A DNA stretch of 60,739 bases, filler included, from Bipalium vagum (taxonomy: Eukaryota): assembly GCA_037834085.1 (NCBI GenBank). It is 3 parts of 3 records of this genome, joined end to end, with 100 filler letters (N's around TTAATTAATTAA, not from the genome) between each part and the next. Parts side by side here need not be neighbours in the genome. Positions count along the whole stretch, not along the records: positions 20,643 to 41,897 come from JBBMKC010239975.1; 2 more parts are not named here. One strand, given 5' to 3'. Of the stretch, positions 23,888 through 40,243 are shown in pieces. A program made the translations under genes and the position numbers. How positions within the stretch are numbered: position 1 is the first letter of the stretch; each line of letters begins with the position of its first letter. Below the pieces are notes generated by a model. It made no database searches. It saw only the letters and a list, made by a program, of their open reading frames with translations, and was not told the origin of the DNA.

Positions 23888-24215
23888 AAATTTTGGATAA
23901 TCCTATACTTTAGTAGCGCCAACGTAGGTCAAATTCTAGCTTAATATTATTTTCAAATAATATATTTAATAATATATGTTATAATATGTATAAATTATCA
24001 TGAGTAGATTTAAATATTAATTATTTATTCTGATATGAAATTAAATTTTTTATGTATTTACATTTATATTTTATGAAATCAACATATAAAGTTAACATAA
24101 AAATTACACGAATTTCCTAAATTTATCGAAATCTAAATATATATTATACTATATAAGCGACATGCAAAAATTTGACCTACTTTGGCGCCACTTAAGTATA
24201 TGATTAGCAAAATTT
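23888..24215. mobile_element. MITE (~0.3 kb, 32-48-bp imperfect TIRs)
   Basis: tatactttagtagcgccaacgtaggtcaaatt ... aatttgacctactttggcgccacttaagtata around an AT-rich non-coding interior. Confidence 0.75.
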
Positions 24216-24849
24216 GTTATTTTTTAGATTATTTTTTTTACTTTTATTGATTAAATTTTTATTTACATTGATTAAAATTTTTAATGGTAAAATGTTCAAA
24301 AAAATTTTAAATAAAATCGTACCATTAAAACTATTTTTAAAATGTATATTTGATTTTCATGTTTATATTTTTTGTATATTCAAACTTTACAAAATTATTT
24401 TCTTAGTGACAATTGATTTTATTGAAAAATTAAAACAAAACTCACTTTGGGGTACGAGAACGGTTAAAAATCCGAATTTTCATTTATAAAAGAATTTTTA
24501 GTATTTTAATATTTTTCTTTTATAAAAATGGATTCGAATCAAAATAAAAATAAATTGAAAAATATAATTTAAGAATGAGAAGAGCATAAAACTGCAAAAG
24601 CAATTTTGAAACCAATCAATTAAATCAATACTAAATTGGATTCAGATAAATTTTTTAAAAAAATAATAAAATTTTGTTTTTTTATAAATATAATGAAAAA
24701 GAATTACACTTAAATATAAATAAGAATTTAACAAAACCAAAAAAATCAATAGTTTTAGGAAATATTTTAAAAATCAATAAAATCGAATTTATAATTGGTA
24801 TATTTGAGGGTAGGCAAGCAAAAAATCTATTTCACAAAGTAACATTTTC

Positions 24850-25070
24850 ATCTGTGTAAACACATTTTTGTCATGTCCAAAAATGAAGACACCAATCTTG
24901 ATTTATGGCATGGAGCTCCGTCTGGCTGAAATATATTTTGTGCCTCATATATTTGCAGCAATCCTTTCATTAATATGTCCTGATAGTTTTGAAAGTGAGA
25001 AGAATCCTTCCGATCTGGACACCCCAAACCATTAAAATCTTACCTCAGAATTTCACCGTTTTGGTGATAT
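24850..25070 (-). mobile_element. Tc1-like transposase fragment
   Basis: NIFQPDGAPCHKSRLVSSFL matches the second catalytic Asp motif FQQDGAPCH. Confidence 0.65.
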
Positions 25071-25079
25071 TTTAGGATC

Positions 25080-25560
25080 ATATCTCGGTGCTTGTGGTCT
25101 GTGAACGTATTCCCATCTTCTGTAGAACAGTCTTAACCTACATTAATCGGAAAATATGAAATCATTCCAAAAAAGGATGCATTTTAAACGATTAAATTTA
25201 CTAAGGCTACCAGAACTTACCCTCGTGGACTTTTTTGTGAGGGAAAATACTAAGCAAATAGTTTATTCACAACCCATTCTTTCATTGCAAGACGAAACAA
25301 AAAATAATTGATGCATTTTGTATTGTGCCAATTGAATCTTGAGAAAGACCTTGCTTGTCTGTTCCCGATAGATTACGTCGTTGCCAGAAACCTAAAGGAG
25401 AAAATTTTGAAAATCAATAAATTTTATCTGTATGTCTTTGTTTTCATAAAAAACGTATAAGTTACACTGAGAAGTGTTTTTGCTTTCCACTCATAAACTT
25501 GTAAACCTACTTAATTTACACTGGAAGGTTCCAGTAAAGTTTTTTCGAGACATTCAGTGC
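25080..25560 (+). mobile_element. Tc1/mariner-superfamily (rosa/Tc3-like) transposase 3' fragment
   Basis: RLPELTLVDFF...KQIVYSQPILSLQD..KIIDAF...SVPDRLRRC...GENFE corresponds to RSPDLTPLDFF...K..VY. Confidence 0.6.
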
Positions 25561-26144
25561 AAAGTTTGATAAAAATTTCAAATATTATCGATTAAAAATG
25601 GTTACTGTAATTTATTTAAGGAAATACCACATGTGGAGATTGTGTTACATATCCAAAGAGGAGCTTCCAGAAATAATAGAACATTGGTGAAAAGAATTTG
25701 TGATCAAGCATTGATTTTTTTATGCTTTGGCAATTTAATTTTATTTGTTTATTTGGTTTTGTATGTTCCATATTTCATGTTTCTGGTTACGGTAACACTG
25801 TCAAAATCGTTAGAACTCATTATGTAACAGTTGAAAGAAATATTTATTTCACCAAAATAAGTGATTAGTTAAAAAAACAAATCAATTTTTGAAACAAATG
25901 ATTGGCCAAAATTGTTCGGTTACACCGATCGAAGTGAGGTGAAGGTTTTATGAAGAACATCAGATCGATTAATGGGATATTGGCCAATTTCATTATTCGT
26001 TAACACGGGTTGAGTCTTTTTCCAATAACGAGAAATGCTATCAGAACATTGGCCCAATATTTGTTTCTTATTCTTTGCAGCACCCATGGTTAAGCGTGAG
26101 CCAGAGATCATTCTACTGACTGATATTTCTGCTTGACAAATATA

Positions 26145-27361
26145 CAGGGTGTTCCAGCAAAAAAACAAACAACTTTAAACAAACAAAGCTATATTAAATA
26201 ATATCATAAATATTTAAGCATTAGTTATATTTTTGGATTAAAAATAAGTTCCGTGCTTCTATTGCTCGATATAACCACCTTCTGCTTCTATGACCTTCAA
26301 AATTCTCTACCTGAGGCGCATGTATGCTATCTTTACATGGACTTGGTTCAATTGTGCAAACGCTTCTGTAATGGAATTCTTTAGAGATGTCAGACTAGAG
26401 TGTCTCGACTAGTTAGGTAACTCTTTCAAGAATGCTCCATACATAATAGTTCATATGGCTTAAATCTGGACTATCTGGGGGCCAGAATTCCTTGCTCGAA
26501 TACATGTCAACATTATCGGACAGCTAGTTTTGAACTAAATAACTTGTATGATGGGGCGTTATATCATGTTAAAAGATGTACGGTCTTCCAGAAGCAACGG
26601 TTTCCATCCAGGGTTTCACTACTGTACTCAGTTTCACCCTTTTTCAAGAAGTGTGGAGGCATTGCATCACCTTCACTAGAGATGACGCCTATTACCAGAA
26701 TATTGGCTGGAAACTTTGTCCTTGCACTATTGGGACATTTTCAATATCGTGAGCAAGCCAATGATCATTCCGCTGATTAATTTTAGCATCATCTGTAAAA
26801 CTTTTCTCATCAGAGAAAAACTTAAGACGACTTGCTGCTTCATTCTTCAATGATTTGAGTAACAAGTTGCACCTAACAACGATTTTAGTTTTCGTAGCCT
26901 CAGACAGCATTTGTCGTATTTTTAGGACGTATAAAGTATATCTAAGGTTACTTCTGCTATCCGACGCATTGTTATACTTATTTTTGAAGCGATGTCCTAG
27001 AATCTTCCATTATTAGCTGCTGAGCTCTTTGAACAACTTCCGCGGTCCTTATCTTTCTTTCTTTATCATGTTTCTTTTAGGTGTACTAGAGGTTCCTTCA
27101 GACATCTCCGATTTCCGACATCGCACACTGTCGATCGTGGATACCCAAAGAAAATAATTATTTCAGCCGGCGCTCTTCCAGCGCTAAGACTTTCGAGAAT
27201 CGCGACTCTTCGATAATATTTCAAGCCTGATTTTTGTAAACTTCCCATATTGAAACTGTCCAAACATAGAATGTTTAAACAAATGTAAACTCGTATAATT
27301 AAAATCAAGCATAAATATAAATTTCAATTAAACTTTGTCCGGATTTTGCTGGCACACCCTG
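26145..27361 (-). mobile_element. Full-length decayed maT/DD37D-type transposon
   Basis: TIRs cagggtgttccagcaaaa / ttttgctggcacaccctg. Transposase pieces: RVAILESLSAGRAPAEII.FFGYPRSTV, FFSDEKSF..DAKINQRNDHWLA, GDAMPPHF, FWPPDSPDL. Confidence 0.85.
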
Positions 27362-27707
27362 CAAATGGTATGAAAATGTAAATCACATATATTAGAAAAC
27401 GTTACTATCTTTTTCCTTTTTCATGGTGACATCAAACACCCATTTTTATCATCTGTTGTGGAACCTGTTCCCCGTTCGATTGATCTTCCAGTTCAAGAAG
27501 ATTAGTTGTTTATTATGATGATAGATTTTTAATAAAATAAGAGACCTCTGTAATTATTTATTCTAAAAACTGTTATTAATTATAATTAATAATAATAATT
27601 AAATAATTTATTTCTTAAGACGGTAAAAGTACCTTTTTTATTCGTGATCCAATTATCAAAATCTTATTCTTTTGTTTTAATCTGCAAATGTGATATTCAA
27701 TAATTGT

Positions 27708-27848
27708 ATACAACGAGACCTCGTTTAACGGATATCATTGGGACCGGGTTCAGTTGTCCGTTACTGCGAGGTTTCCGAGGTTTCCGATAAAATTATTTAT
27801 TATTACATCCACTTTGTTGAATGTCCGTTAAGCCAGGTCTGACTGTAC
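27708..27848. mobile_element. pogo/Tigger-like MITE
   Basis: tacaacgagacctcgtttaacgga ... tccgttaagccaggtctgactgta, Tigger-type termini with TA ends. Confidence 0.65.
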
Positions 27849-28751
27849 TTAGATTAAATAGATTTCACTTAAGGACAAGTGATTAAGCAATAGATATAAA
27901 TAATGATAGGTCAAATAAGGACTGTATGGAGTCAGAATAATAATATATAGATTAATCAATTAGATTTCGATTATTAATCGATGTAATTTACTCAACTATG
28001 GCTCGAGTGAATTATCTTAATTCCAGTGAAGCTTGAACCAATGACCACACTAACCCATGAATGATGTCATCAATGGCGTCTAACTTAACCAGTGAGCATA
28101 ACTCCATTCAAGTACGAATTAAGTATGGGCCTGCTGACTAAAAACAGTATAAATACTGATCAGTTAAAACCAGAAAGAAATGTAGAAATATTTCTCGGAA
28201 AATTACGGTTAGCATAACTGCGACAGATGTGTCAGAAATAAGCCAGAATCAATAAGAACTAATTGATTCGAGTTCTTAATATTGTATCTTTTTTGTTTAG
28301 TGCATTTTGTTTCTTGTTTGTAGTTCTATCGAACTTGTCATTTGAAATGTACCTCGAATCAGAGAAACTCTTCATTTACTTTCGAAGTCAGCGATTATTC
28401 TTTACTTTAATTAAAAGTCATTAGGTTTGTCATTATTATATTACAAATATGCTTTTGTCCCAATAAAACTTGGTAGCTGTTGTATTCAATTTTATTTGTT
28501 GCGTGAACGGTAGAGCGTTAAATCATTTAAAACTTTTGGTATTAGATTTAGTTTATCTGAGTTGATTAGGATGATTAACGTTCAATCAACTAGTTTATTT
28601 GTTATTAATATTTTTTGGAGCTTTGAAAACATCGTTCCTACCCGTCTGCAAAACACGTCGAAGTTGAGCGTTGATAGACAAAGTGATAAAAGTACAACAC
28701 TACTTGAATCTCAAGAAAACCTATATATTGTTATATTATACCGTATATATA

Positions 28752-29803
28752 CAGTCCGTATCAGAAGTCTGTTCGTATCCATGTAAATTCAGGCATCATA
28801 TTGATGTGTCAAAACGTGGCATTCAAAAAATTATCCATAAATATAGACCGAAGAAATGTATGGGAATCGGAAACGCAGTAGAAGACTGCCGAAATTATCA
28901 AAAGATCAACACAGATTTATTTGACAAGTATATCTGAAAAATAGAAGCATGTCGTTAACGGACATGCACGTACTTGAAACATGGATATCATTCAACATGT
29001 GTTCAGATGCACAGATCACCGCATTCTCAGTCAGTACGGATTAAGACTTCATCCAGGTGTTAGCAAGCTGTTGATCAATGGTAAGCAAAAGAAAAGAAGA
29101 TTACAATGGGCGATATCAAAACATCAATAGGATATTGATAAATGTGAACATATCGTCTTCAGTGATGAATCAGCGTTTCGCACATATAATTCTAGTCGAT
29201 CCCAAAGAATTGGGCGGTTTCATCATATTTGTACTAAGAATGTTATTCAATATTTTGTCAAAATCCATGTTTGGGGTTGCTATTCACTATTCGGTGTAGG
29301 AATGTTGAAACGAATACAAGGGACATTAATTTCTGCAGCATATCAAAACAGGATTGTCAAGGACATTGGCCTAGCCGGTAAGTGTTTGGTCTTCTCTCTG
29401 CGTAGACTCCTGTTGTAGCATAATTATGCTCCTTGCCATTGATTTGCATCAACATTATCTTTTCTCAGTGACCGTTAAATCGATATATTTAATTGGCCTG
29501 CCAATTCTTATGATGCTAATCCGATTGAAAATTTGTGCATTTCATAAGGATCAAAATGAGACCTCCGAATGCTGGTAATTTGTGGACGGAGGTACAAAAG
29601 ATATGGCCTAATTTACCAACTTCCTTATGTCGCAGACTCGTTGATTCCATTCCACGAAGAGTGTCCTCTATTATCAATATAAAAGGTTGCCCAACGAAAT
29701 AATAATAACTTACTATTGTTTGTAAATATAATGTTTCTTTGTTTTCCATTGGCTGTTCAAACGACTTTTCTGTAAGACACGAACAGACTTTTGAAAGGGA
29801 CTG
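28752..29803 (+). mobile_element. Decayed Tc1 (DD34E-type) transposon with TIRs
   Basis: TIRs cagtccgtatcagaagtctgttcgt / acgaacagacttttgaaagggactg. Motifs IVFSDESAF, VWGCYS, NYAPCH, WPANSYDANPIENL; many stops. Confidence 0.85.
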
Positions 29804-30079
29804 TTGATATCAGACACCACGATATATAATTGTTAGGCACGATTAGGTAAAATAACTTCATGAAGGAGATCTATCTGTTGAATTTAGGTATAATCCAAGA
29901 ACTGGTGCTGAAAGATGAACCACACTTACAAGCGCCCAAACCCCGTTTAAATCAATGGCAGTATATTGCACGCCGGATTCGATCCTATCACGGAACGTTG
30001 CACAGACTGTGGGGATATTGGAAATTTTGGCTTTTGCGGAATGGTTAAGTAGCAACCGCTAATATGAGATTGTTACATT

Positions 30080-31242
30080 ACATGGATAGGTTTCAACCCT
30101 TTTCGAAACATTGCTTAAATAATCCAATAATAATCGAACAACTGACGCAAAATTGCATTTCGGTAATTTCGATATCAAAGGTTATGAAACGTTTTTTTTA
30201 AAATTTAGTATCGTAAAACGTCACATTGGCATTGCATCAACTGCAGAGTTTCGACAAGGAAAAAATGATGCTGAAGCATTTAAATCGATATTCTCTATGA
30301 TTGGGGAGAATAATCTCTTACAATGCACATGCACATTTTGGTTCTGTCGATTCACAGAAGCAAGTTTTGATGTCACTGATCGAGGTCGCGTGGGAGCTTC
30401 ACGAAGGTGGGAATTGGAAAACTCGGAAGCATTGCTGATTGAGAATACTGCTCTGAAGCAAGCAGAATTTTTCAAACAGCTGGATGTTAACCAATCAACT
30501 GTTAGCAGATGGTTACAGGAAATGGGACAATTGAGAAGTCTGAAAAGTGGGTGCCGCACGAACTGTAAGAAACCAATCTTTTATACAGGTTTGCAACATG
30601 CACGTCGATCTCACTGGGCACAGAAAAAAGACTTTTATTGAATATTGTCAATGGAGATGGAAAATTGATTACTTAGGATTATTGTAAGCGAAGACTTCAC
30701 GGGTGGAACATATTCAAAAGAACATATTCATGACAGAGATGTGCTACCTTTCATTACAAGGTCCTACTCATTATGAGCTCATTTGAATAGGTGACACTAT
30801 ATTACCGAACGAACAACAAGCAGTTAATGCATTGGCGGGAAAAAGAAGAGAAATAAGACATTTTTCTGCCAAGGGCCTCATAAGCCAGGTCGCATTTCAC
30901 TAACCATACACAGGGAACAATCTTACAGTTATCACGGAAAGTTCTCCCCCACATGGCCCACTCTCCTGGCCATGCTCCCACAGATTATCGTCTGTTTCGT
31001 TCAATACAACGCTTTATAACCGGATGTCACTTCAAAAATGTTTCGGAGATTTCTGCCTAATATACTGGCTTCGAAACTTAAAACTTTTATTGTTCTCAAA
31101 TTCATCAATTACCTGAAAAGTGGTAATAATTAATGGATTTTTAATTGATTTTTTGAACCTTTATTGGTTAAATGAATAATTATTGATTTTTTATAACACT
31201 ATTTTTTTAAAAAAAGGCTAATACTTATGCATACCTTTAATA
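30080..31242 (+). mobile_element. Decayed mariner transposon
   Basis: EFRQGKNDAEAFKSI...FWFCRF..FDVTDRGRVG...LDVNQSTVSRWLQEMG (mariner HTH), IVNGDGK and HSPGHAPTDYRLFRS. Right TIR-like end ...aatacttatgcatacctttaata; left boundary approximate. Confidence 0.8.
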
Positions 31243-31989
31243 GCGAAAGTAGATTGGTTGAGCACGGTTATTGAACCGTTGACAGAAATAATTGATAAAG
31301 CAATTATTTTTATTGGCTTTTTAGATTGGTCCCAAAATCAACATTTCTATCTACTAAAGCTTGTGCCATTGTTAATTGATTGAGTTTTTTTGAAGCCATT
31401 CACCGAGATATAGATTTTTTTAAAAAATAGTTTTCCATTTGTAAGGAAAAGATAAACTACTTTGGAACTGTTTCAATTGAAGATGGCGAAATTTTTGAAA
31501 ACTAACACGTTTCGATGAACAGAACAGTGCACTTATTGATTTAAATCTACAAAAAATTGTGGTCGAAAATTTTTGTTCACCCTATCCGAAAAATGCTCAT
31601 GATTTTTTATAAATAAGAATAATCAATTAAAATTTTTTTTAAAATTGTAATCAATTAAAGTTCGTTCATAATTCGATTTTTGTGCTTGGATCGATAAATT
31701 TTTCAAAATTGATTTTATTTAATTTAAAATGGATTTTTTAAAAAATTAATTAATAAAAATTTACTAAAATTCCGCTCAGTGTCCCCATTTGGTGCTCCGC
31801 GCGAAAATTTATTTGATCAGAATTTTATTTAATAAAACTGCACTTGATTAGGCTTTATTTAATTCACCGAAGCGCGTTGTTTTAATCGCCTGCTTGTTTG
31901 GTCATAAACAGAGTTATTTTTCGTTTGATTATTTCTTTGTTGTTGTAGTCCGCTGAAATTTGCAGTGATCAACTGTCCTATTTGTTAAA

Positions 31990-34183
<2,194 letters not shown>

Positions 34184-35499
34184 TGTGGAGCACCATTGAC
34201 CACCGCTGTGACAGCAACGACGATGACTTCAATAATATATTGTTGCTATTATTACGACTACTACTACTATTATTTTATTATTATTACTTTCCTGTGATGT
34301 CTTTTCTTTGATTGGTCACGCATCCTGATCCGAGGTCCGCTGGTCTGGGATGCGTTGTCCCTTGTGTTGTTCCTCTGCGTGCGGCGGGTCGGGTGTACTG
34401 CTTTCATCTTTTGTGATTTATCAGCATTCTGGTGATGCGACCACGGCCCACGTGGATTGTTACTAAAAATTGCTATATCTTTTTGTTTGATTGGTGTGTG
34501 AGTCGTTTTGAATGTCTGTGGTTCACGTTGTGAAGACCATTGACAGTTTATTGCAATAATCAATCGATTTCAATTTGACTTTTGGTTTCAAACAAATAAC
34601 CGGACTAGGGTAGGGAGGAACAAGAAAAGGGGTGGATGTTATTTCAACATTTATTGTGGGATCTTATTAACTATTATTAATCAATAACAGCAGCAGCTGA
34701 GTTACCATTACTCATTTGCGTTGTGGGTTCAACGTTCAGCTTTGTCTCATCATTTTGAATTTTGGGTTTTCATTGACCTTTATCACAGGTCATCATAATA
34801 ATAATAACAATGTCATCATCACAATCGATGTAATGCCATCAAGCTCGAATGTTCAACGTTTCTTATTATCATCATTAAGTTGATCTGTCAAATCGATTTT
34901 CAATTTTCCAATGAAGATCACAGTGATCAATTTTGGAAAAGTCGATAAATTTGATTTAGGAATTTGGAGTTTGTTTTAATTCCTGGAATAAGGGCAGCTT
35001 TTTAATTAAACGCGGATGTTCTCTTCTTAATATTTAGTCATGGTCTTACATTCCTCTAAGCAAACTTGGTCTTCCAATCGCTTTGTCCCAGAGTAGTCAT
35101 CTATATTTGTTAGAAAAGAATCTTGGTTTAAAATTTGGAACATGTTAAGGTTTTCGATATGTTTTTGGTTCTGGTGATCTGACTAAAGCGACTTATTGCG
35201 GAAAGGAATTAATTCTTGTAGGAAATTTTTGATGAACTTTCACTAATTTTAGGATGACCTTGAATATATAAATAATTAGTTTATATGAATCATTGGAAAA
35301 ATAGTCAGTCACAATACCAACTTTAGAAAAACTTAAACTTTGTCAAAGATCTTTTCAGTGAATTCGTTTCGGATTTCCTTGCAACTTGAAACCTATTTCG
35401 GGGTTTATAGGATGACCTTGGGATTAGTGACATTTCTAAGTAAGGTAACAGGCGTTTTGGTTTTTAAAATGTGTCGTATCTGATTGGGTTCTTAGTCAA

Positions 35500-36280
35500 T
35501 CTAAACTCGGAAGTGGTCGACCTTAAAATTGGTCATAAATATAAAACTATCCCGGGATAATTGCATAGAATTGGCTAACACAACTGACAAAACCATTCAT
35601 GAATATATGGCATGAAGATAGTGAGCACATGAACGTTTTGAACTTTAAACAAATACCATCGAGTATCCGCTGTCGTTTGTTAGTTTCTTAAATTTGAATC
35701 GGAACAAAAGTTTGACTCTGTGATGCTCTGTTTTAGAGTAACTCAGTTTGATTTTACTTCTGGAATCCATGTTTTATCTTTAATTCCTTCCATTTCCTTT
35801 GACTCTTCTCATTCACAGCTTGAACCTGATCAGTGAGTGGTGTTCCGAAGATTTAGTCAAGTGATGCCAATACCAGCAGCATAGTTTACTTTCTCCATTA
35901 ACCCATGTGTGCCATGAGGAAATAAGCTACTCTAAATAATGGGAATATTTTTTTCCAAGGTCTGCCGAATTTCTCCGTTTCATTTCTCTTTTCTCAATGT
36001 TGCTTTGCATTGTCATGTAATATTTATCATATGTAGTCATTTTGTGCTAAGAGTAATTGACAGGTCGAGTAACAACGTTTTTTCTAATTTCACCCGTATT
36101 TGCTCAAAATTCATTGACCAATAGATCCCCTATTTTCCAATCATTTATTATAAGAAAATTAAGCACGTCAATAAGTTATCCACAAATTGATCGTGTTGAG
36201 GCTTCCATGAGATTCTAGTCTAACTTACAAAACTCTTGATCTGTCAAACGCTCAACTGTAGTTCATAGCAAAAACATTAT
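35500..36280 (-). mobile_element. Highly decayed LINE (RTE/CR1-like) reverse transcriptase remnant
   Basis: VFAMNYS*AFD resembles FIDYSKAFD, with a degenerate YADD-like segment downstream; many stops. Confidence 0.4.
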
Positions 36281-36758
36281 GAGGGCTGTCTTTTGTCAAA
36301 ATAGATATATTCAAAAAATCAATTGCCGGTTAACTTTCCTAATCGATAATAACAATATAAATCTGACTTCAAAAGATTTTTACATTGAAATAAGTTTGCA
36401 GATCAGGCAAAGAAATCCATCGACGAAAAAAATTAACGAACAAAGCAACATTCATTTAAAAACCGCTGATTTGCTTTCATTTTTGATTATTATTGATTTA
36501 TTTGCTTATTCGATTTTTGTTTTATTTCAAATGTTGTTTAATCTTTTGTTAGTTTTGTGCGAAATTTAACTTATCTTATTTGGTGATCAAACAATTCAGT
36601 TTTTAATGTTGATTCTGTCTATGATGAATATAATTGGATGTTTAAATAATATTGACTTGAGCATTTCCCTAATAAATAAACGAATAAGAAGAAACAAGTA
36701 TATAAAAGTAATTGATAAACTGAGCCTATAAAATAGTGAGGATTAGAATAAAATAATA

Positions 36759-36830
36759 CAGTGGGACCTCTCAAAAGTGACCTCTTTTAAAAGTACTCTT
36801 CAAATTTTGAGAGGTGGTCACTTTTCTGAA
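36759..36830 (+). mobile_element. pogo/Tigger-like terminal region
   Basis: ta|cagtgggacctctcaaaagtgacc...gagaggtggtcactttt, a Tigger-like TIR with a subterminal repeat. Confidence 0.45.
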
Positions 36831-37646
36831 AAAATGTAAAGAATAATAAAATTAAAAGCAAAATTGGTATTTCAAACATTTATCTCTATCAACCCATCAT
36901 CAAAGTATTATTCTTTCAATGCCTCTTGCAATTTGTCTCGATAATAAAACAGAATAATAAACAGTTCCTGTCAATTTTACTTTTCGTGAATCTTTCAAAA
37001 CGGTTCGGGAATATTTCATCATTAACCAATCTTGATATTTATGTTCTTATTTTACTTCTATCAGTCTGATCCACAAAGTCGAAGTTTTGAAACACATTTT
37101 ATTCATCGAAATACAGTGGACGAAATTGAATTACTTCCACACATATTTTTGGAAAATTCCATCGAAGAAATTTTTCCATGCAATTTGTATATACAGATAA
37201 CTCTTTAGTAAGTGCGTTAAGGTTATAAGAATAAAATGTATTTACTTCGTAAAAATGTTGCAAAAATTTCTGAATCTATTTAGAATAAAAATATAAATAA
37301 ACAATGAGATATGGATTAAAAAATTTTATTCAATTGAACAGGTATCGGTATCATTCAATCCTTTAAAATAGGAAATAAAATAATTCCCGAGATTTTCTCG
37401 TGTAGAATGTCTCTTGGATCGAAGAATGGCTTCTAGCATTGAAAAACTTCTTTCGATTTTAATCGATTTTAATCGATTTTAATTCTATAAAATCATGAGA
37501 ATTCCGTATGAATCTTTTATGGCAATAAGCTCACTATATAAAGACTCGTGAAAACACGCAAATTTTGTTCTAAGATATATTTTATCTGCGGTAAGAAAGG
37601 AAAAGGATTTCTCCATGATTCCGCCCACAATCAAAGTGCACGTATC

Positions 37647-38100
37647 GGCTAACATTTGGAACAAATTCTTAACAGAAGATATTCGTTAATATTCAGAAGA
37701 CTTGCGATAATTTTAAAGTATTTTTCCAATTATGTCATTTTGCTTGGGATTGTGTTTAAGGTCTATCTCTGAGCAACTGTAAACGCTCAGCTAATAGTCC
37801 GGGAAGCCTGAACGAAGCCATCACGTAAGCGTTTTTTTGTCTTAATACTTTTTTTGGTTAAACATTATTTAATATTTATTATTATTATAGTTTGATTATT
37901 GCTTAACTTTAAGTATTTATTTTTATTAATTAATTGACTTGATTTTATTGAACTTTTGTGTTTGATTGATTACTCAAGACCATTTCAGACATTTCAGATA
38001 ATATTGTGATCCCTTCTATTGAGTTTGACGATTCCTGTGTTATTGTTATCATTGAGATATTGTGTGAGTTTTGTGGTGTAAATACAAATAGTGAACATAA
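37647..38100 (+). repeat. Dispersed repeat homologous to 6990-7590, directly upstream of an RLE 3' end
   Basis: Direct sequence comparison with the reverse complement of 6990-7590. Confidence 0.7.
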
Positions 38101-38129
38101 TTTTAATAAAAAAAGTCATAATCAATGGA

Positions 38130-38738
38130 AATCTATCAGCCCACGACTGGATCTTTGCCAAGCAGGCCCGAAATAATATAATACAGCTGAATTATTTGCC
38201 TTTTAAGGATCTAGAAGGAGGAAATGTATGATGTGGGCGAGGCTGAAAATTCGCAGAAACCCAAGCACATGTACTTTGCCACTGCAGCAAAGATGGCCGA
38301 ATCAAAAGACATAATGACATAATCAGATAACTGGCATTAGTATTATCCGAAAAACACTTCAAATTCGACATTGACAAAAAATGGCATGAGTCTAAATTAA
38401 ACCAAAAGCCTGACTTTATTATAACATGTGAGGTGAAAAAGCAGATTTTCTTGATCAATGTAAAATCGCACTATGACACAAAGAAGAATTTTGAAGAAGA
38501 TAAAAAACTCAATAAAGCTAAATATGAAACACTTCGGAAAGAAATTGAAGAAAGCACAAAATATCCGACATTTTTAGATACAATTTTGCTTGGCGCGTTA
38601 GGTTGTTGGGGTCCCCAACAAAATTTTGTCTTACTTAGACTGGGCTTAACAAAAAGTGATATTAAAACCTTTGCGATCAACTCAATTAGAGCGGCAATAA
38701 AGAACTCACATGAAATGTATAAGAGGCATATGAGTTAA
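38130..38738 (+). mobile_element. 3' end of an RLE-type (NeSL/Utopia/R2-like) non-LTR retrotransposon
   Basis: DWIFAK..R, CGRG*KFAETQAHVLCHC (zinc knuckle), KRHNDII, KPDFII...LINVK, KAKYE, LLGALGCWG: a PD-(D/E)xK restriction-like endonuclease, with stops. Confidence 0.9.
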
Positions 38739-38933
38739 GCAAGAGGACTTCTTTATACACTCATACTCTTTTGTGATCATATTTTCTTTTTTAGCTTTTT
38801 GGTCAAAATGATCGAAACTCATTTTTCTTATTTTTAAAAGAAATTTTTATTCTTTTAAAAAAGTATTAATAATTTAAAAATAAAAATTTTTAAATAAATC
38901 AACTAAAATTTGTTTACGTAAAAATAAATAATA

Positions 38934-40243
38934 TAGGGTGACCCATATATAGATACCGCGCAGTCAAACCTATACATTTCTAAAACCAGTAAACATAAAC
39001 ATAAGTAAATTTTTAGAACGAATAACATTTATATTCAAGAACATTTTTATACAAAATTTAAACAGAAAGTGTTCCTTTTTCGGAACAAGTACGTAATTTT
39101 TGTCATAAGTGTTTAAACAAGGTTTTTCCAGACTCAGCTGCAATTTCCTTAGAGATTCATGTCCAGATTCGTTTCATTTTTTGTATACTGTCAACTGGTT
39201 TATTCAGCATGTAATATCTGTGCTTACAAAGTGCCCAAAAAAAATTTCAATTGGGCATAACTGTGTCACATTCGACGGATTCTGTTCTTTAGAAACAAAG
39301 TGGACGCCCTCTTCCATGAGTTTGGCCGTCACAATGTTACAATAATGCGAAGTTGCCAGATAAGGCCAAAATAAAATTATCCTTTGGACCTCCAACTTTT
39401 GTAAAAACGGCAAAAGCCGCTTTTCAATACATTCATTTAGATAAATTTTACCATTAACAGTACCATTAGTCAAAAACGGCTCTGAAACAGATCCATCTTC
39501 TGCCAACGCTTGCCAGATCATAAACCTTTTTTCAAATTTACCGGTTTGAGCTACACGTTCTTCAACTGGTGTCTCCACTTCATCATCCGACAAATAATAT
39601 TGGCTACCAGGCACTTTTGTCGGATCTAGTGGCACATATGTTTCGTCATCCAAAAAAAGAAGAATTCTTGCCACTTGGAAGACTATCCTTGTAAAGCTTA
39701 GCTGACCACTTAATTGAACGCTGTATCTGATCTGTATTATACTTAAACTTCACCTGCTTCTTTCTGCTACGCAATCCAACCGCTTCTTTCACTCTCTGAT
39801 AGGTACTACAACTCAGATGCAACTGCTTTGATGACACACGCTCTGACAGTGATCTGTTGTTTTTCGCGTGCTTCAACACTTTTATTTGGGTTCTGGGAGT
39901 GTTTACAATTGGTTTATGACCTTGTATTGACTTGTAATCTGTTACTCCAGTATTCAGAAAGCGTCATATCCCATTTCGGATTGCTCTCTCTTTAATATTT
40001 TTTTGCCGAAAGTGATTAACCGTGGATAGTTTATTTGTGAATTTTCTTGGAAAAAAGCAATAATTGCCTTGGCGTTATATTTGTGTTGCTGTCTCTTCAT
40101 CTAGAGGATTATCACTAAATAAATTATTCAATAAAAAGATCAATATAATACGATTTCAAAAAATTCTTTGTTTTAGTTACTATGTAGCCTAATCTTTCAT
40201 AGCAATTGTTAGAAGTGGCGGCATCTATATATGGGCCACGCTT
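38934..40243 (-). mobile_element. Full-length decayed DD37E (ITmD37E-type) transposon
   Basis: TIRs tagggtgacccatatatagataccgc / gcggcatctatatatgggccacgct. Motifs LDDETYV, MIWQAL, FWP(D>Y)LATSHY, NPSNVTQLCPIE, with 37 residues between the second-Asp position and Glu. Confidence 0.88.
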